Under the pieces are notes generated by a model that saw only the letters and a program-made list of their open reading frames with translations, made no database searches and was not told where the DNA came from. From Planctomycetota bacterium (GTDB lineage Bacteria; Planctomycetota; UBA8742; UBA2392): a DNA stretch of 64,000 nucleotides. The stretch spans positions 3,062 through 67,061 of the forward strand of contig JADLFN010000049.1 of NCBI GenBank assembly GCA_020845475.1. Direction: 5' to 3'. The translations under genes were made by a program, and so were the position numbers. This document shows positions 26,710-35,884 of this stretch, in pieces; the stretch's first letter is position 1; each line of letters opens with the position of its first letter.

Positions 26710-29160
26710 TCAGCGAGTTGGCGCTGGCAGTGGTGAAGGGTCCGTGGACTTGCGTTTGTCGTCGAAGTCCGCCCAGACGGCGGCGTCGCTCTCGATTTCG
26801 CGGTTGTAGATGCTCCACTCGCCTTCGAGCGTGTCCTTTTCCGGCACCAGTTTGCGCGCGCGCGAGAGTATGAACCACACCAGCGGGCCCACGCCGCCCA
26901 CGGCGAACACCGTTCCGCCGATGGTGCGCAGGTACACCAGCCGCGACCAGATCGTGCCCTGGATGACTTCCTGCGAGCGCGCGTACCACAAGCCACTCTC
27001 CAGCACGACCAGAAGCTGGTAAACGCCCAGCGGGAACAACGCCAGGAACATCATCAGTGTCAGCCCGATCTGGAAGGACCAGAACACCACGCGAATCAGC
27101 TTCGCGTTCCAGCTCGCGCGCGCGAACAGGTGCTGGCAGCAATAGAGCATTCCGCCAATGGCCACGTTGCCCTTGACGCCGAACATGGCGGCGTGCGCGT
27201 GGTTGCCCGTAAGATACGTGCCGTGCTCGTAGTAATTCACTATGGGTAGGTTGATCAGCGAGCCAAACGCGCCCGCGCCAAACACGTTCCAGAAGTTCAC
27301 GGCCAGGATGAACAGCCACACGCCATCCATGACGACACGCTGCTTGCCCTGCGCCTGCAGGCTCTTGGCGCGGCGCAGCTCAAGCCGGGTGCGCCAGGCG
27401 TCGAGCGTGAGCAGCAGAAGCGGCAAGACTTGCAGCGTCGAGAACACGCTACCCAGCGCGATGATCGAGGTCGGTTTGGCAATCCAGTAGAAGTTGTGCG
27501 AAATGCCTACCAGCGCAGTGAGCAGAAACAGCATCACGGCCAGGAAGATCACGCGCTCGGCCATGGCGCGGTGCACCACACGCATCTGCACCAGCATGTA
27601 GGCAATCACCACGGTCGTGAAAACCTCGAACGTGGCTTCCACCCACATGTGCACCACCATCCAGCGCCAATAGTCGGAGATCGCGAAATTCATTTTCGGC
27701 ATGACCAGCAGGCCGAAGAACAAGAACGCGACCATGATGCCGCTGCCGTAAAGCAGCCAAGAAGGCACCGACCACACGTTCTGCCAGTTGAGCCACGGCT
27801 TCACCGCGCGATAGATGATCACGATCCAGAGCACAAACGCGGCCAGCATCAGGTATTGCCAGAAACGGCCCAGCTCCATGAACTCCCAGCCCTGGCTGCC
27901 AAACCAGTAAGCCAGCGTGTCGTTGAGCATGGATTTCGGCCCGAGGTAAATGCCGAACACCACGCCCGCACCCACCAGCACGCCCAGCGCGAATAAGAGA
28001 TTGATCAGAAACTTCTGGCCGCGCGGAACTTTTGAGAGCACTGGCAGGAAGAACACCGTGTAGCCAATCCAGCAGATAAAGAACCAGAAGATCTGCAGGA
28101 GCACGTGCCAGCTGCGCACGACGGTGATGGGGAACATCTGCGCGATGTCGAGGCCGAGCAGCTTGTCCGTGCGCACGAAATCGTTGGCGCACAGGATGCC
28201 CGCGAACACCTGCAACAAAAACACGATCATCGCAAACACAAAGAACTTATAGACGAGTCGCTGCGTCGGGCGCACGAATTGCTCGTCGGCTTCGAGTTCG
28301 GGCGTAGTGAGAATCCCCTTCTTGCCATGCTGGTCAAAGGGATCGCCAATTGTTTTCAACTGGCCGTAAACGTAGAGCACCACGCCGATGCCCAAGAACA
28401 GCCCGAGAATCGAGATCGTGCTCCACAGCACCGTGGCCTGCGTGGCGGTGTTGCCCACCATGGGGTCGTAAGGCCAGTTGTGGGTGTAGCTGTAAGTCTG
28501 GCCCGGGCGTTCAGCGGCCGCCACCCATCCGCCCCAGAAAAAAAACGCCGTCAGCGCCTCGATGTCGGCGGGATCCTTGATGTAGCCTGTCGGGTGAAAC
28601 GCCTCGCCATAGGTCGGGTCATTGAACATGCGCGTGTAATGCGCGATCAGTTCTTTGTGGCCATGGGCCTGTGCTGCCGTGATCGTGATTGTTTCGCCCT
28701 TTTCGCTCCAGCCGTTTTGCCGAATCTCGCGTTTCACGCGCGCGGCTATGGCGTCTCTATCCTCCTGAGTCAGCGCGCCATTCTTGGCGCGTTCGGCCTC
28801 ATAGAACGCAGTCATCGACACGGCGGTGCGGTGCAGGGCGTCGGCGGTGAAATCCGGGCCGCGCTCAGCGCCATCGCCCCAGAACGAGCCGTAACTCATG
28901 AGGCCGCGCAAGTGGAAGACCTCCTTGCCGCGGTTGATCTGCTCGACGGTGACGACGGTTTTGCCGTCAGGCGTCACGAAATCGCCAATGGGCGGCGCGC
29001 CCTGGTAGGTTTCGAAACCGAGATAAGCCACGCCAATGATGCTGATAGCGGCCACGATGGCAAAGTGCAGCGGCCAGAAACGTTTTTGCACCAGCACGCG
29101 CGCAAAGCCAATGGAATGGCCAGCAGGTGCGGCATCGCGCGTCGTCGTGTCAGTACTCAT
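26710..29160 (-). CDS. norB: Nitric oxide reductase large subunit, quinol-dependent type (qNOR; heme-copper oxidase superfamily)
   Basis: 816 aa with an N-terminal extension (one TM plus a periplasmic domain EVFHLRGLMSYGSFWGDGAERGPDFTADALH), then a 12-TM core carrying the conserved His ligands (HNFYW, YYEHGTYLTGNHAHAAMFG). Confidence 0.85.
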   Translation of the reverse strand: MSTDTTTRDAAPAGHSIGFARVLVQKRFWPLHFAIVAAISIIGVAYLGFETYQGAPPIGDFVTPDGKTVVTVEQINRGKEVFHLRGLMSYGSFWGDGAERGPDFTADALHRTAVSMTAFYEAERAKNGALTQEDRDAIAARVKREIRQNGWSEKGETITITAAQAHGHKELIAHYTRMFNDPTYGEAFHPTGYIKDPADIEALTAFFFWGGWVAAAERPGQTYSYTHNWPYDPMVGNTATQATVLWSTISILGLFLGIGVVLYVYGQLKTIGDPFDQHGKKGILTTPELEADEQFVRPTQRLVYKFFVFAMIVFLLQVFAGILCANDFVRTDKLLGLDIAQMFPITVVRSWHVLLQIFWFFICWIGYTVFFLPVLSKVPRGQKFLINLLFALGVLVGAGVVFGIYLGPKSMLNDTLAYWFGSQGWEFMELGRFWQYLMLAAFVLWIVIIYRAVKPWLNWQNVWSVPSWLLYGSGIMVAFLFFGLLVMPKMNFAISDYWRWMVVHMWVEATFEVFTTVVIAYMLVQMRVVHRAMAERVIFLAVMLFLLTALVGISHNFYWIAKPTSIIALGSVFSTLQVLPLLLLTLDAWRTRLELRRAKSLQAQGKQRVVMDGVWLFILAVNFWNVFGAGAFGSLINLPIVNYYEHGTYLTGNHAHAAMFGVKGNVAIGGMLYCCQHLFARASWNAKLIRVVFWSFQIGLTLMMFLALFPLGVYQLLVVLESGLWYARSQEVIQGTIWSRLVYLRTIGGTVFAVGGVGPLVWFILSRARKLVPEKDTLEGEWSIYNREIESDAAVWADFDDKRKSTDPSPLPAPTR

Positions 29161-29313
29161 GTTCGCCTCAAGCTGCGGTGGGGGACATAAACGGATAAGA
29201 AAGTCCGATTATGCAGCCGAGGCGTAGAAACGCCACAAAAACCAAAGGGGAAATGCCCGCCAAGCCGCTTGGAAAGCGGACTCCGCGTTCAATTGCAGTG
29301 TGCGTTTTGGCGC

Positions 29314-30621
29314 TCAGGCCTTCTTGCCGCGCGTGAGCCAGCTGAAGAACTGGTCGGTCTCGAACGTGTTGGTGTCGTTGGCGAGGCGCACGATGGTGAT
29401 GCCGGCTTCGCGTGAGATCATGAGCCTCTGTTTGCCCTTTCCTGCGGCGTAGATCAGATCTTTGGGCACGCCGGCATCCGTCGTGGCGACTTTGCCTTCG
29501 CTTTCGCCGTCTTCATCGGCGCCGCCGCCGAGCCACCAGGTCAGGCCGTAGTTCTTGTTGGCTTTGCTGGGCTTGAAGCACTCGTCCATGAGTTCTTGCT
29601 TCAACAACTGTTTGTCGCCTAGTTTGCCGCCAAGCCGCACCCATTCGCCGAACTTGGCCCACTCGTTTGCCGTGATAAACACGCCGTGCGGCACGTGGGG
29701 GTTGCCGGCGGCGTCGGTGCGCCACGTCAGTTTCATGCCCAGGGGCTCGCCCACTTTGCGCATGAAGTAGCTCTTGATGTCTTCCTTCTTCTCTTTGAGT
29801 TTGCGTTTGACGATTTCGCCAAAGCAGTAGTACTGCGCGGGGCCGTATTCGAATCTCTTGCCCGGCTCGTGCTTGCATTTCAGCGCAATGGCGTAGGCGT
29901 ATTTATCTTTGGTGCCCGCGCCTTGCAGCGCATCCTGCTCCGGCGGCAGGCCTGCGCAGAGTGAGAGCAACATGCGGATCGTGATTTTCTCGCGCGCGTC
30001 GCCTTTCCATTCGGTGAGCGTTTCGCAGGCGAGTTCGTCCCACTTCAGCAGGCCTTCTTCGACCATCAGCGCGGCTACGATGCCCGAGAAACTCTTCGTG
30101 CCACTGGCGAGTTCGTGTTCGCGCTTGGCGTCGTAGCCGTTGTCGGTGCAATCGAGCAGGACTTTGCCGTCCTTCATGATCAGCAGCGCTTCGCCGTTCG
30201 TAGCCGCGTTGTAATCGCGCGCGGCTTGCAGGAAGAGCCCGCTGGCTTCATCGCGCTTGTAGTCGGATTTCATCAGCTTGCCGATGTCGCGTTTGGTGTT
30301 CTTGCCTTTTTCGCGCGGCTGGGCGTTGGCTACGGCCTCGGCCGCTTTGTTGAGTTCGTCGCCGGCGACAAAACCATCGCCGTCGGTGTCAAAGTTCTTG
30401 AAGGAAGCGCGCGCACGCTCGGGCAGTTCGCTTTCGGAAAGCTTGCCGTCCTTGTTGGCGTCAAAGCGATCGACGAGCGATTTGGCGCCGTCGGAAAGTT
30501 CGACGGGCTTTTGTTCGTCGGGCTTTTGTTCGTCGGGCTTGGGCTCGGCGGGAGCTTCCTGGGCCAAAGCGAGCAACGAAAGCCAGCTCAAAGCCAGCAA
30601 CGAAAGAGCAAATCGCAACAT
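29314..30621 (-). CDS. Exported EF-hand-containing serine hydrolase (beta-lactamase family)
   Basis: Starts MLRFALSLLALSWLSLLALAQE (GGAGG upstream of the ATG at 30621). PDEQK tandem repeat. EF-hand loops DANKDGKLSESE and DTDGDGFVAGDE. SxxK motif ELASGTKSFSG. Confidence 0.7.
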   Translation of the reverse strand: MLRFALSLLALSWLSLLALAQEAPAEPKPDEQKPDEQKPVELSDGAKSLVDRFDANKDGKLSESELPERARASFKNFDTDGDGFVAGDELNKAAEAVANAQPREKGKNTKRDIGKLMKSDYKRDEASGLFLQAARDYNAATNGEALLIMKDGKVLLDCTDNGYDAKREHELASGTKSFSGIVAALMVEEGLLKWDELACETLTEWKGDAREKITIRMLLSLCAGLPPEQDALQGAGTKDKYAYAIALKCKHEPGKRFEYGPAQYYCFGEIVKRKLKEKKEDIKSYFMRKVGEPLGMKLTWRTDAAGNPHVPHGVFITANEWAKFGEWVRLGGKLGDKQLLKQELMDECFKPSKANKNYGLTWWLGGGADEDGESEGKVATTDAGVPKDLIYAAGKGKQRLMISREAGITIVRLANDTNTFETDQFFSWLTRGKKA

Positions 30622-30745
30622 GGCTACCTCCGTGATGGCTATGAAACACCGCAGCGCCTTACAGGTTGCGCATCTGACGCTGTTCATGCTGCGCTTTTCG
30701 TGGCTCCGCGCCATGAGGAATGGACGGGCAGCTTGCCGCTTGATT

Positions 30746-31051
30746 CTATGATGTACGTGAAATGCGCTTCAGCCACTCCTTCGGATCACGATGGCTGTGG
30801 ATGACCGCCAGAACTACGACAGAATCACCGTCGATGATGTACAGAACGCTGTAGGGAAAACTCTTCAAGGTGGCGCGGCGTCCGTGCCTGATTGCGCGAT
30901 AGGCGGTTGGGAATCGCTTCAGCACCTCGACCACGGCGTCAACATTGGCGAGGAAGCGTTCGCCGAGTCCCGCTTGGTGGGCTTCATACCAGCCATAAAT
31001 GCAGGCGATGTCGGCTTTGGCAGAGTCGTGGAAGCGGGGGCCGTGCATCAA
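30746..31051 (-). CDS. Type II toxin-antitoxin system toxin, RelE/ParE family
   Basis: 101 aa, ...ADIACIYGWYEAHQAGLGERFLANVDAVVEVLKRFPTAYR...VLAVIHSHRDP. A 4-nt overlap with the upstream antitoxin gene is present. Confidence 0.75.
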   Translation of the reverse strand: MMHGPRFHDSAKADIACIYGWYEAHQAGLGERFLANVDAVVEVLKRFPTAYRAIRHGRRATLKSFPYSVLYIIDGDSVVVLAVIHSHRDPKEWLKRISRTS

Positions 31052-31275
31052 CGAATTCTAGACCTTGCGGCTGCCTTCACTTCTTCCCAGGTGCTTGTGG
31101 CCTGGCGATTCGCACTGTAATCGGCGAGTCGTTCGGCGAACAACTTCTCCTGGGCGGGAGTCAGATCCCACTGCTTCTCGGAGTCGGTCAGGGAATCCCA
31201 GAGCAACTCAATCAGCTTCAACTTGTCCTCGGCGCTGAGCGAGGCGAAAGCGCTGGCCAGTTCGGTTGCGGTCAT
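31048..31275 (-). CDS. Putative addiction module antitoxin component (Unstab_antitox-like)
   Basis: 75 aa from the ATG at 31275: MTATELASAFASLSAEDKLKLIELLWDSLTDSEKQWDLTPAQEKLFAERLADY, the typical pattern of this antitoxin family. Confidence 0.7.
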   Translation of the reverse strand: MTATELASAFASLSAEDKLKLIELLWDSLTDSEKQWDLTPAQEKLFAERLADYSANRQATSTWEEVKAAARSRIR

Positions 31276-31316
31276 GGAGGCCTCCACCCGTGATTGTAAC
31301 TCGCAACGGAGGCATG

Positions 31317-32528
31317 TCACGCCGTTGCCGGCGTGCGGCGCCTGCGGCCGCCGCGGGTGGGGGGTGCGGGAGTGTCGAGCTTGTGCGGCACGACGCCAAC
31401 GTGCGCGAGTGAGCGCATGGCGAGCAGCGAGCCGAAGCAAAGCAGCACGTCGCCGGCGAGCAGTTGGCGCGTGGAGCGCGGGTTGGGGATGTTCAGCGTG
31501 CCGCGCTGGATGTTGAGCACGAGGATGTCTTTTTCGCGCAGGCCGCTGCCCTGCAGGGGCTTGCCGCAGAGTGCGCTGTCGCGCGAGAGCTGGAATTCTG
31601 CCACGCCATACTCTTTTTGCAGCGTGAGTTTCTGGCGGATGTCGAGGTCGGGGAAGAGCACCTGTTGCTCGATGTATTGCACGATCGCGTCGCCGATATC
31701 GACGTGCGTGGCGCGCTCGATGCCTTCCAGGCCGGGCGAGGAATTCACCTCCATCACCATGGGCCCGTCTTTGCCCTCAAGCATGTCCACGCCCGCAACG
31801 TGCAGCCCGAGCACCTGCGCCGCGCGAATGGCCGTGCTTTCGTATTCGCCATCGAGCTTGATGGGTTCAACGCTCGCGCCGCGGTGCACGTTGCTGCGGA
31901 ACTCGTCGCCCTTGGCTTTGCGACGCATGGCGGCCACCACGCGCCCGCCCACCACAAAGGCGCGGATGTCTTTGCCCTTGCTCTCTTTGACGAACGACTG
32001 AATCAGCACGTTCTGCTTGGTGGTTTGAAGCGTTTCGATGATGGCTTCTGCAATCTTGGTGTTGTCAGCCAGAATCACGCCAATGCCCTGCGTGCCTTCG
32101 AGCAGCTTGATAATCACCGGCGAGCCGCCGACGTCCTCGATGGCCTTGAGGAAGCCCTTCTTGTGTTTCACGAATGCCGTTTTGGGCATGCCGATGGGGT
32201 GGCGCGAGAGATGCTGGATGCAGCGCAACTTGTCGCGGCTTACCTGGATCGAGTAAGCGCTGTTCAAACAGAACACGCCCATCTGCTCGAACTGGCGCAC
32301 GACGGCGGTGCCAAAAAAAGTGATCGAGGTTCCGATGCGCGGGATCACGGCGTCGAACTTTTCCAGCGGCCGGTTGTTCCAGGTGAGCGTCGGATTGTTG
32401 GGCTCGACCAGGATCGAGAAGTTCATCGGGTGCATCACTTTGTAAGTGTGACCGCGCGAGATAATGGCCTCACAGATGCGCCGTGTGCTGTAGAGGTTTG
32501 CGTTGCTCGAAAGAATGGCAATGTGCAT
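31317..32528 (-). CDS. rimK: RimK-family alpha-L-glutamate ligase (ATP-grasp) with C-terminal TrkA-C/RCK-like extension
   Basis: MHIAILSSNANLYSTRRICEAIISRGH...VIIKLLEGTQGIGV...VMEVNSSPGLEGIE. An extra ~100-aa C-terminus is present: LSRDSALCGKPLQGSGLREKDILVLNIQRG. Confidence 0.8.
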   Translation of the reverse strand: MHIAILSSNANLYSTRRICEAIISRGHTYKVMHPMNFSILVEPNNPTLTWNNRPLEKFDAVIPRIGTSITFFGTAVVRQFEQMGVFCLNSAYSIQVSRDKLRCIQHLSRHPIGMPKTAFVKHKKGFLKAIEDVGGSPVIIKLLEGTQGIGVILADNTKIAEAIIETLQTTKQNVLIQSFVKESKGKDIRAFVVGGRVVAAMRRKAKGDEFRSNVHRGASVEPIKLDGEYESTAIRAAQVLGLHVAGVDMLEGKDGPMVMEVNSSPGLEGIERATHVDIGDAIVQYIEQQVLFPDLDIRQKLTLQKEYGVAEFQLSRDSALCGKPLQGSGLREKDILVLNIQRGTLNIPNPRSTRQLLAGDVLLCFGSLLAMRSLAHVGVVPHKLDTPAPPTRGGRRRRTPATA

Positions 32529-32679
32529 ATGTGTGCGGCGCGTGGCCGGTGGCAGGTATGTGGACGGGCGAGTCTAGAGTTGGCCGGCCCCATGTCAAAG
32601 CGGCGTGTTTGTAGGGACGCGCCCAGACGCGTCCCTACAAGTGTTGCACACAGCTTTGCCCTGCCGAGTCTGAGAGGGC

Positions 32680-33828
32680 CTAAAACACCGGCATGCCGCA
32701 AACCGCCTTGCCGATGAACTCGTAGAGCGCGTCGCTCACCGGCGCCATCACCGTAGCCGCGCGGCTGTCGCGGAAGAAACGCTCCACGCCGACCTCTTTG
32801 CGATAAGCGGCTCCGCCGCAGATGCGCATGGCGAGATCGTGAACTTCGAGCGAAGTTTCCGCGCCGATGACCTTCGATTGCAGCACACGCAGTACGGCAT
32901 CGGGCCGGCTGCCTTCGATGGCGTCAAGAGCGTCAAGCAGGAAGCCGCGCACGCTGTCGATCTTGCAGCGCATCTTGGCGACGTGCTGGCGGACTTGCGG
33001 CAAGTCGGCGATCTTGGAGTTGTCGTAGGCGTAGCCGGTGCTGGTGACGTGTTTGACGGCGCGGTCGAGCGCGCCTTCCATGCAGCCCACGGAAACGGCG
33101 CAGTTCTGCAGTGAGAACCAGGGCATCACGATGCCCATCATCAGGTCAAAGCCCTTGCCGTCGGGGCCGAGGATGTAATCGGCGGGAATCTCAACGTTCT
33201 CGGCGGTGATCGGCGCCGAGGCGTTGCCGCGCAGGCCCATGCCGACGTAGGGCTTGGGAATTTTCAGGCCGGCAGATTTCGAGGGCACTGCCCAAATGCT
33301 TGAAAATCCTTCGGCGGCGGCGGGCTTGCTGGACCAAACGTAGATGTCGGCTTCGCCGGCGCTGGTGATGAGCTGCTTGGCGGCGTTGAGCTTGTAGCCC
33401 TTAGGCGTTTTGGCCGAGGTACTTTGCGGCAGCCAGAAGTGGCTGCGCGAGGCGTACTCGGAGAAAGCCAGCGTGGTCAATGCACCGTCTTTGGCGACCT
33501 GCTTGCGCAGATTCTCGGTGCCGTGGGCTTCGAGGACGGCCGTGCCGCAGTGGTGCATCTTCATGATCATGGCCGTTGACGGGCACTCGCGCGCGTAACG
33601 CTCGCAGAACGCCACTCCGGCGCGCAGCCCCTGGCCATGGCCGCCAACTTTCTTGTCGCTGACTAGCGCCAGCAGGCCTTCCTTCTTCATGGCGTCGATG
33701 GCCTTGCGCGGAAATAGGCCCTTTTCGTCCGTTTCTGCGGCCATCGGCGCGATCACTTCGCGCGCGACTTTGTCGGCCTTGTTGAGCAGCTCTTCTCCGG
33801 CATTGTCCAGCTTCCACGGGTTTGACAT
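32680..33828 (-). CDS. Acyl-CoA dehydrogenase family protein
   Basis: 382 aa from the ATG at 33828 (GGAGA upstream): MSNPWKLDNAGEELLNKADKVAREVIAPMAAETDEKGLFP...; C-terminus ERFFRDSRAATVMAPVSD. The ORF-track extension to 34398 overlaps the upstream gene and is spurious. Confidence 0.8.
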   Translation of the reverse strand: MSNPWKLDNAGEELLNKADKVAREVIAPMAAETDEKGLFPRKAIDAMKKEGLLALVSDKKVGGHGQGLRAGVAFCERYARECPSTAMIMKMHHCGTAVLEAHGTENLRKQVAKDGALTTLAFSEYASRSHFWLPQSTSAKTPKGYKLNAAKQLITSAGEADIYVWSSKPAAAEGFSSIWAVPSKSAGLKIPKPYVGMGLRGNASAPITAENVEIPADYILGPDGKGFDLMMGIVMPWFSLQNCAVSVGCMEGALDRAVKHVTSTGYAYDNSKIADLPQVRQHVAKMRCKIDSVRGFLLDALDAIEGSRPDAVLRVLQSKVIGAETSLEVHDLAMRICGGAAYRKEVGVERFFRDSRAATVMAPVSDALYEFIGKAVCGMPVF

Positions 33829-33884
33829 CGCTTTCTCCTGTTGGGGGTTGGTCGGTCGCGGGCACGCCCGCACGTTTGTCGGGA

Positions 33885-35054
33885 TCACTTGCTGCGATTC
33901 ATGGATTTGTTCCTCTTGCGCAGTTCCTTCGCCGCCCTGGCGATGGCCTGCATCTTCAGCGCGGCTATGCCGCTGGTCGCTACGGGGCTGTTGGAGAACG
34001 TTCCGAAGCCGCAATCGGGGTTGAGGTAAATCTGCTCGGGCGCATAAAGCTTGAGCGCTTTCTCGACCATCTCGACGATTTCCTCGGGGCGCTCGATGAC
34101 ATCCGTGCGCGGGTTGCAAACGCCCAGGCCCAGAGACTTGCCGCCAAAGGCCATCGCGTCGCCTGCGCGCTCGGTGGCGTACTCGAGCACGAGCTGCTTC
34201 ACGTTCAATCGTTCGAGCCAGGGTTTGAGCGGCGCATAGGTGCCTTCGAGCAGCGTCGATTCGTCCTTGCTCCAGTTGCCGCGGCAGATGTGCAGGCCCG
34301 TGAAGACCGGCGGCAGGCCCTCGAGCACCTGGTTGATCAGGCTGACGGCGAACTCCAGTTCTTTGGTGGGATCGCCGCTTGCGGCCAGCGAAGCGCACAT
34401 GAACGTGCGCGTCTTGCCGCGCGAAAAGGCGACCTCAGTCAGCACGGGCTCATCGAACTGGATGAAATCGGCGCCGGCCTCAATCAGTTCGCGAATTTCG
34501 TCGCGCAGGATGCGCACGACATCGACGGCCAGTTCTTCCTTGCTCTTGTAGACCTTCTTCGTCACTTCCTTGACGAACATGGCGCGCGTGAGCAGGTAGG
34601 GGCCCGGCAGCGGGATCTTCACGGGCTTCGTAGTGTGCTTCTTGAGAAACTGAAGTTCGTTGAGCGCCAGTGGCGTTTTGCGCTCGATTTTGCCCACGCA
34701 CGTCGGGTTGCTCAGCGAATAGGCCGGCACGTCAAGCGTCTTGAGGATTTTCTCGAAGGCCTCTTTGTCCTCGATGATGTCAAGCATTTCCGCCAGCGTC
34801 ATGAGCTTCACGCCGCCGAGCTTCTCGGAGACGAACGAGTAGAAATTGTCGCGGCGCTGCTCGCCATCGGTCACGATGTCAACGCCCGCTTTCTCCTGCA
34901 GACGCAGCACTTCGAGCACGGCTTCATCGGCGAGCTTCTCGAACTCGGCAGCGGAAAGCTGCCCAGCGCGCTTGAGCTTTTGCGCCCGCAGCAGCTCATT
35001 GGAGCGCGGCCAGCTTCCGACCATCGTGACGGGGAAGAGCGGTAACTTTCGCAT
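33885..35054 (-). CDS. Cobalamin-independent methionine synthase (MetE C-terminal domain)-like / UROD-superfamily methyltransferase
   Basis: FPVTMVGSWPRSNELLRA...DIVTDGEQRRDNFYSFV...LHICRGNW...LNPDCGFG. Stop/start overlap (TGATG) with the upstream gene. Confidence 0.75.
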   Translation of the reverse strand: MRKLPLFPVTMVGSWPRSNELLRAQKLKRAGQLSAAEFEKLADEAVLEVLRLQEKAGVDIVTDGEQRRDNFYSFVSEKLGGVKLMTLAEMLDIIEDKEAFEKILKTLDVPAYSLSNPTCVGKIERKTPLALNELQFLKKHTTKPVKIPLPGPYLLTRAMFVKEVTKKVYKSKEELAVDVVRILRDEIRELIEAGADFIQFDEPVLTEVAFSRGKTRTFMCASLAASGDPTKELEFAVSLINQVLEGLPPVFTGLHICRGNWSKDESTLLEGTYAPLKPWLERLNVKQLVLEYATERAGDAMAFGGKSLGLGVCNPRTDVIERPEEIVEMVEKALKLYAPEQIYLNPDCGFGTFSNSPVATSGIAALKMQAIARAAKELRKRNKSMNRSK

Positions 35055-35875
35055 CAGCGGCCTTTCTTGAAGAATTTCTGCTTCTCAACGGCCTCGCTCA
35101 GCGGGCCAAAGCCGGTGGTGCGGCCGGGGCGCCACTGCTTGAGGCCTTCCATGTCCATCATTTCGCGATGTTTGGGGTTGTCGTAGCTCATCGAAAACAG
35201 CACCTTGAGCCATTTCTTTTCGAGCGCCTTGGGGAAATCTTTGCGCACCGTAAACACACAGTGGTCGAAACGATCCGTCGTGGCGAGGATCCCGAACTGG
35301 CCGGGGTCGATCGTGCCGTCGCCGCTCCAGCGCTCCCAGTTCATGTCGAGCATGGCGCAGGCCGCGGCTTCACCTTTTTCCAGGCACTTGAAGGCCTCCA
35401 GCTCGCCGCCGATGTGGTCGCCGTGCTTTCCCACAAGCAGGTCAAAGCGACGCACTTTGAAATCCTTTTCCGGCGTAAGCCCAGCGCGCTGCAACAACCC
35501 CACGGGGATGAGCGTGGCCTGGGGCGAATCCTTGGCGCCCACGGCCAGCGCTTTGCCCTTCAAGTCGAGCAGGGTTTTCGGCCCGCCTTGCCGGCGCGTG
35601 ATGATGTGCGAAACGCGATCCTGGTCGGTGTCGCGCATGGCAATGGCGCGGCATGTGCCCTTGCTCTGGCGCTGGGCATCGACCCACGCCAGCGGAGAAT
35701 TCCAGGCGATATCGACCTGGCCGTCCATGAGCGCCTTGACCTGTAACTCGTAGTTCGTGAAGAACACCACGTCGCAGGGGCAGCCGTTCTGGTCAAAGAA
35801 CTCGCGGATGATGTCCCAGATGACCGAGACCTTGGGATCGTAAAGCACCGCGCCAATAATGATGGGTTTGGCCAT
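35054..35875 (-). CDS. PhnD/SsuA-type periplasmic-binding-fold protein without a signal peptide
   Basis: MAKPIIIGAVLYDPKVSVIWDIIREFF...YELQVKALMDGQVDIAWNSPLAW, PhnD-like. No N-terminal hydrophobic leader is visible. Confidence 0.6.
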   Translation of the reverse strand: MAKPIIIGAVLYDPKVSVIWDIIREFFDQNGCPCDVVFFTNYELQVKALMDGQVDIAWNSPLAWVDAQRQSKGTCRAIAMRDTDQDRVSHIITRRQGGPKTLLDLKGKALAVGAKDSPQATLIPVGLLQRAGLTPEKDFKVRRFDLLVGKHGDHIGGELEAFKCLEKGEAAACAMLDMNWERWSGDGTIDPGQFGILATTDRFDHCVFTVRKDFPKALEKKWLKVLFSMSYDNPKHREMMDMEGLKQWRPGRTTGFGPLSEAVEKQKFFKKGR

Positions 35876-35884
35876 GGGTTCCTT

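Noticed and set aside
29198-29205. GAAAGTCC, reminiscent of the RNase P RNA conserved core
   Set aside because: An isolated 8-mer, without the flanking GAGGAAAGUCCGGGC context or other conserved regions. It lies in a 150-nt gap that is too short for RNase P RNA.
33829-34398. N-terminal extension of the acyl-CoA dehydrogenase ORF (572 aa)
   Set aside because: It overlaps the MetE-like gene in another frame. A GGAGA-ATG start at 33828 gives a normal 382-aa ACAD.
25436-35045. Other long antisense ORFs (25436..26404, 28105..29190, 31464..32717, 33822..35045, 30115..30804)
   Set aside because: They lie opposite well-supported genes (serine hydrolase, qNOR, rimK, MetE-like, EF-hand hydrolase) and have GC-artefact composition.
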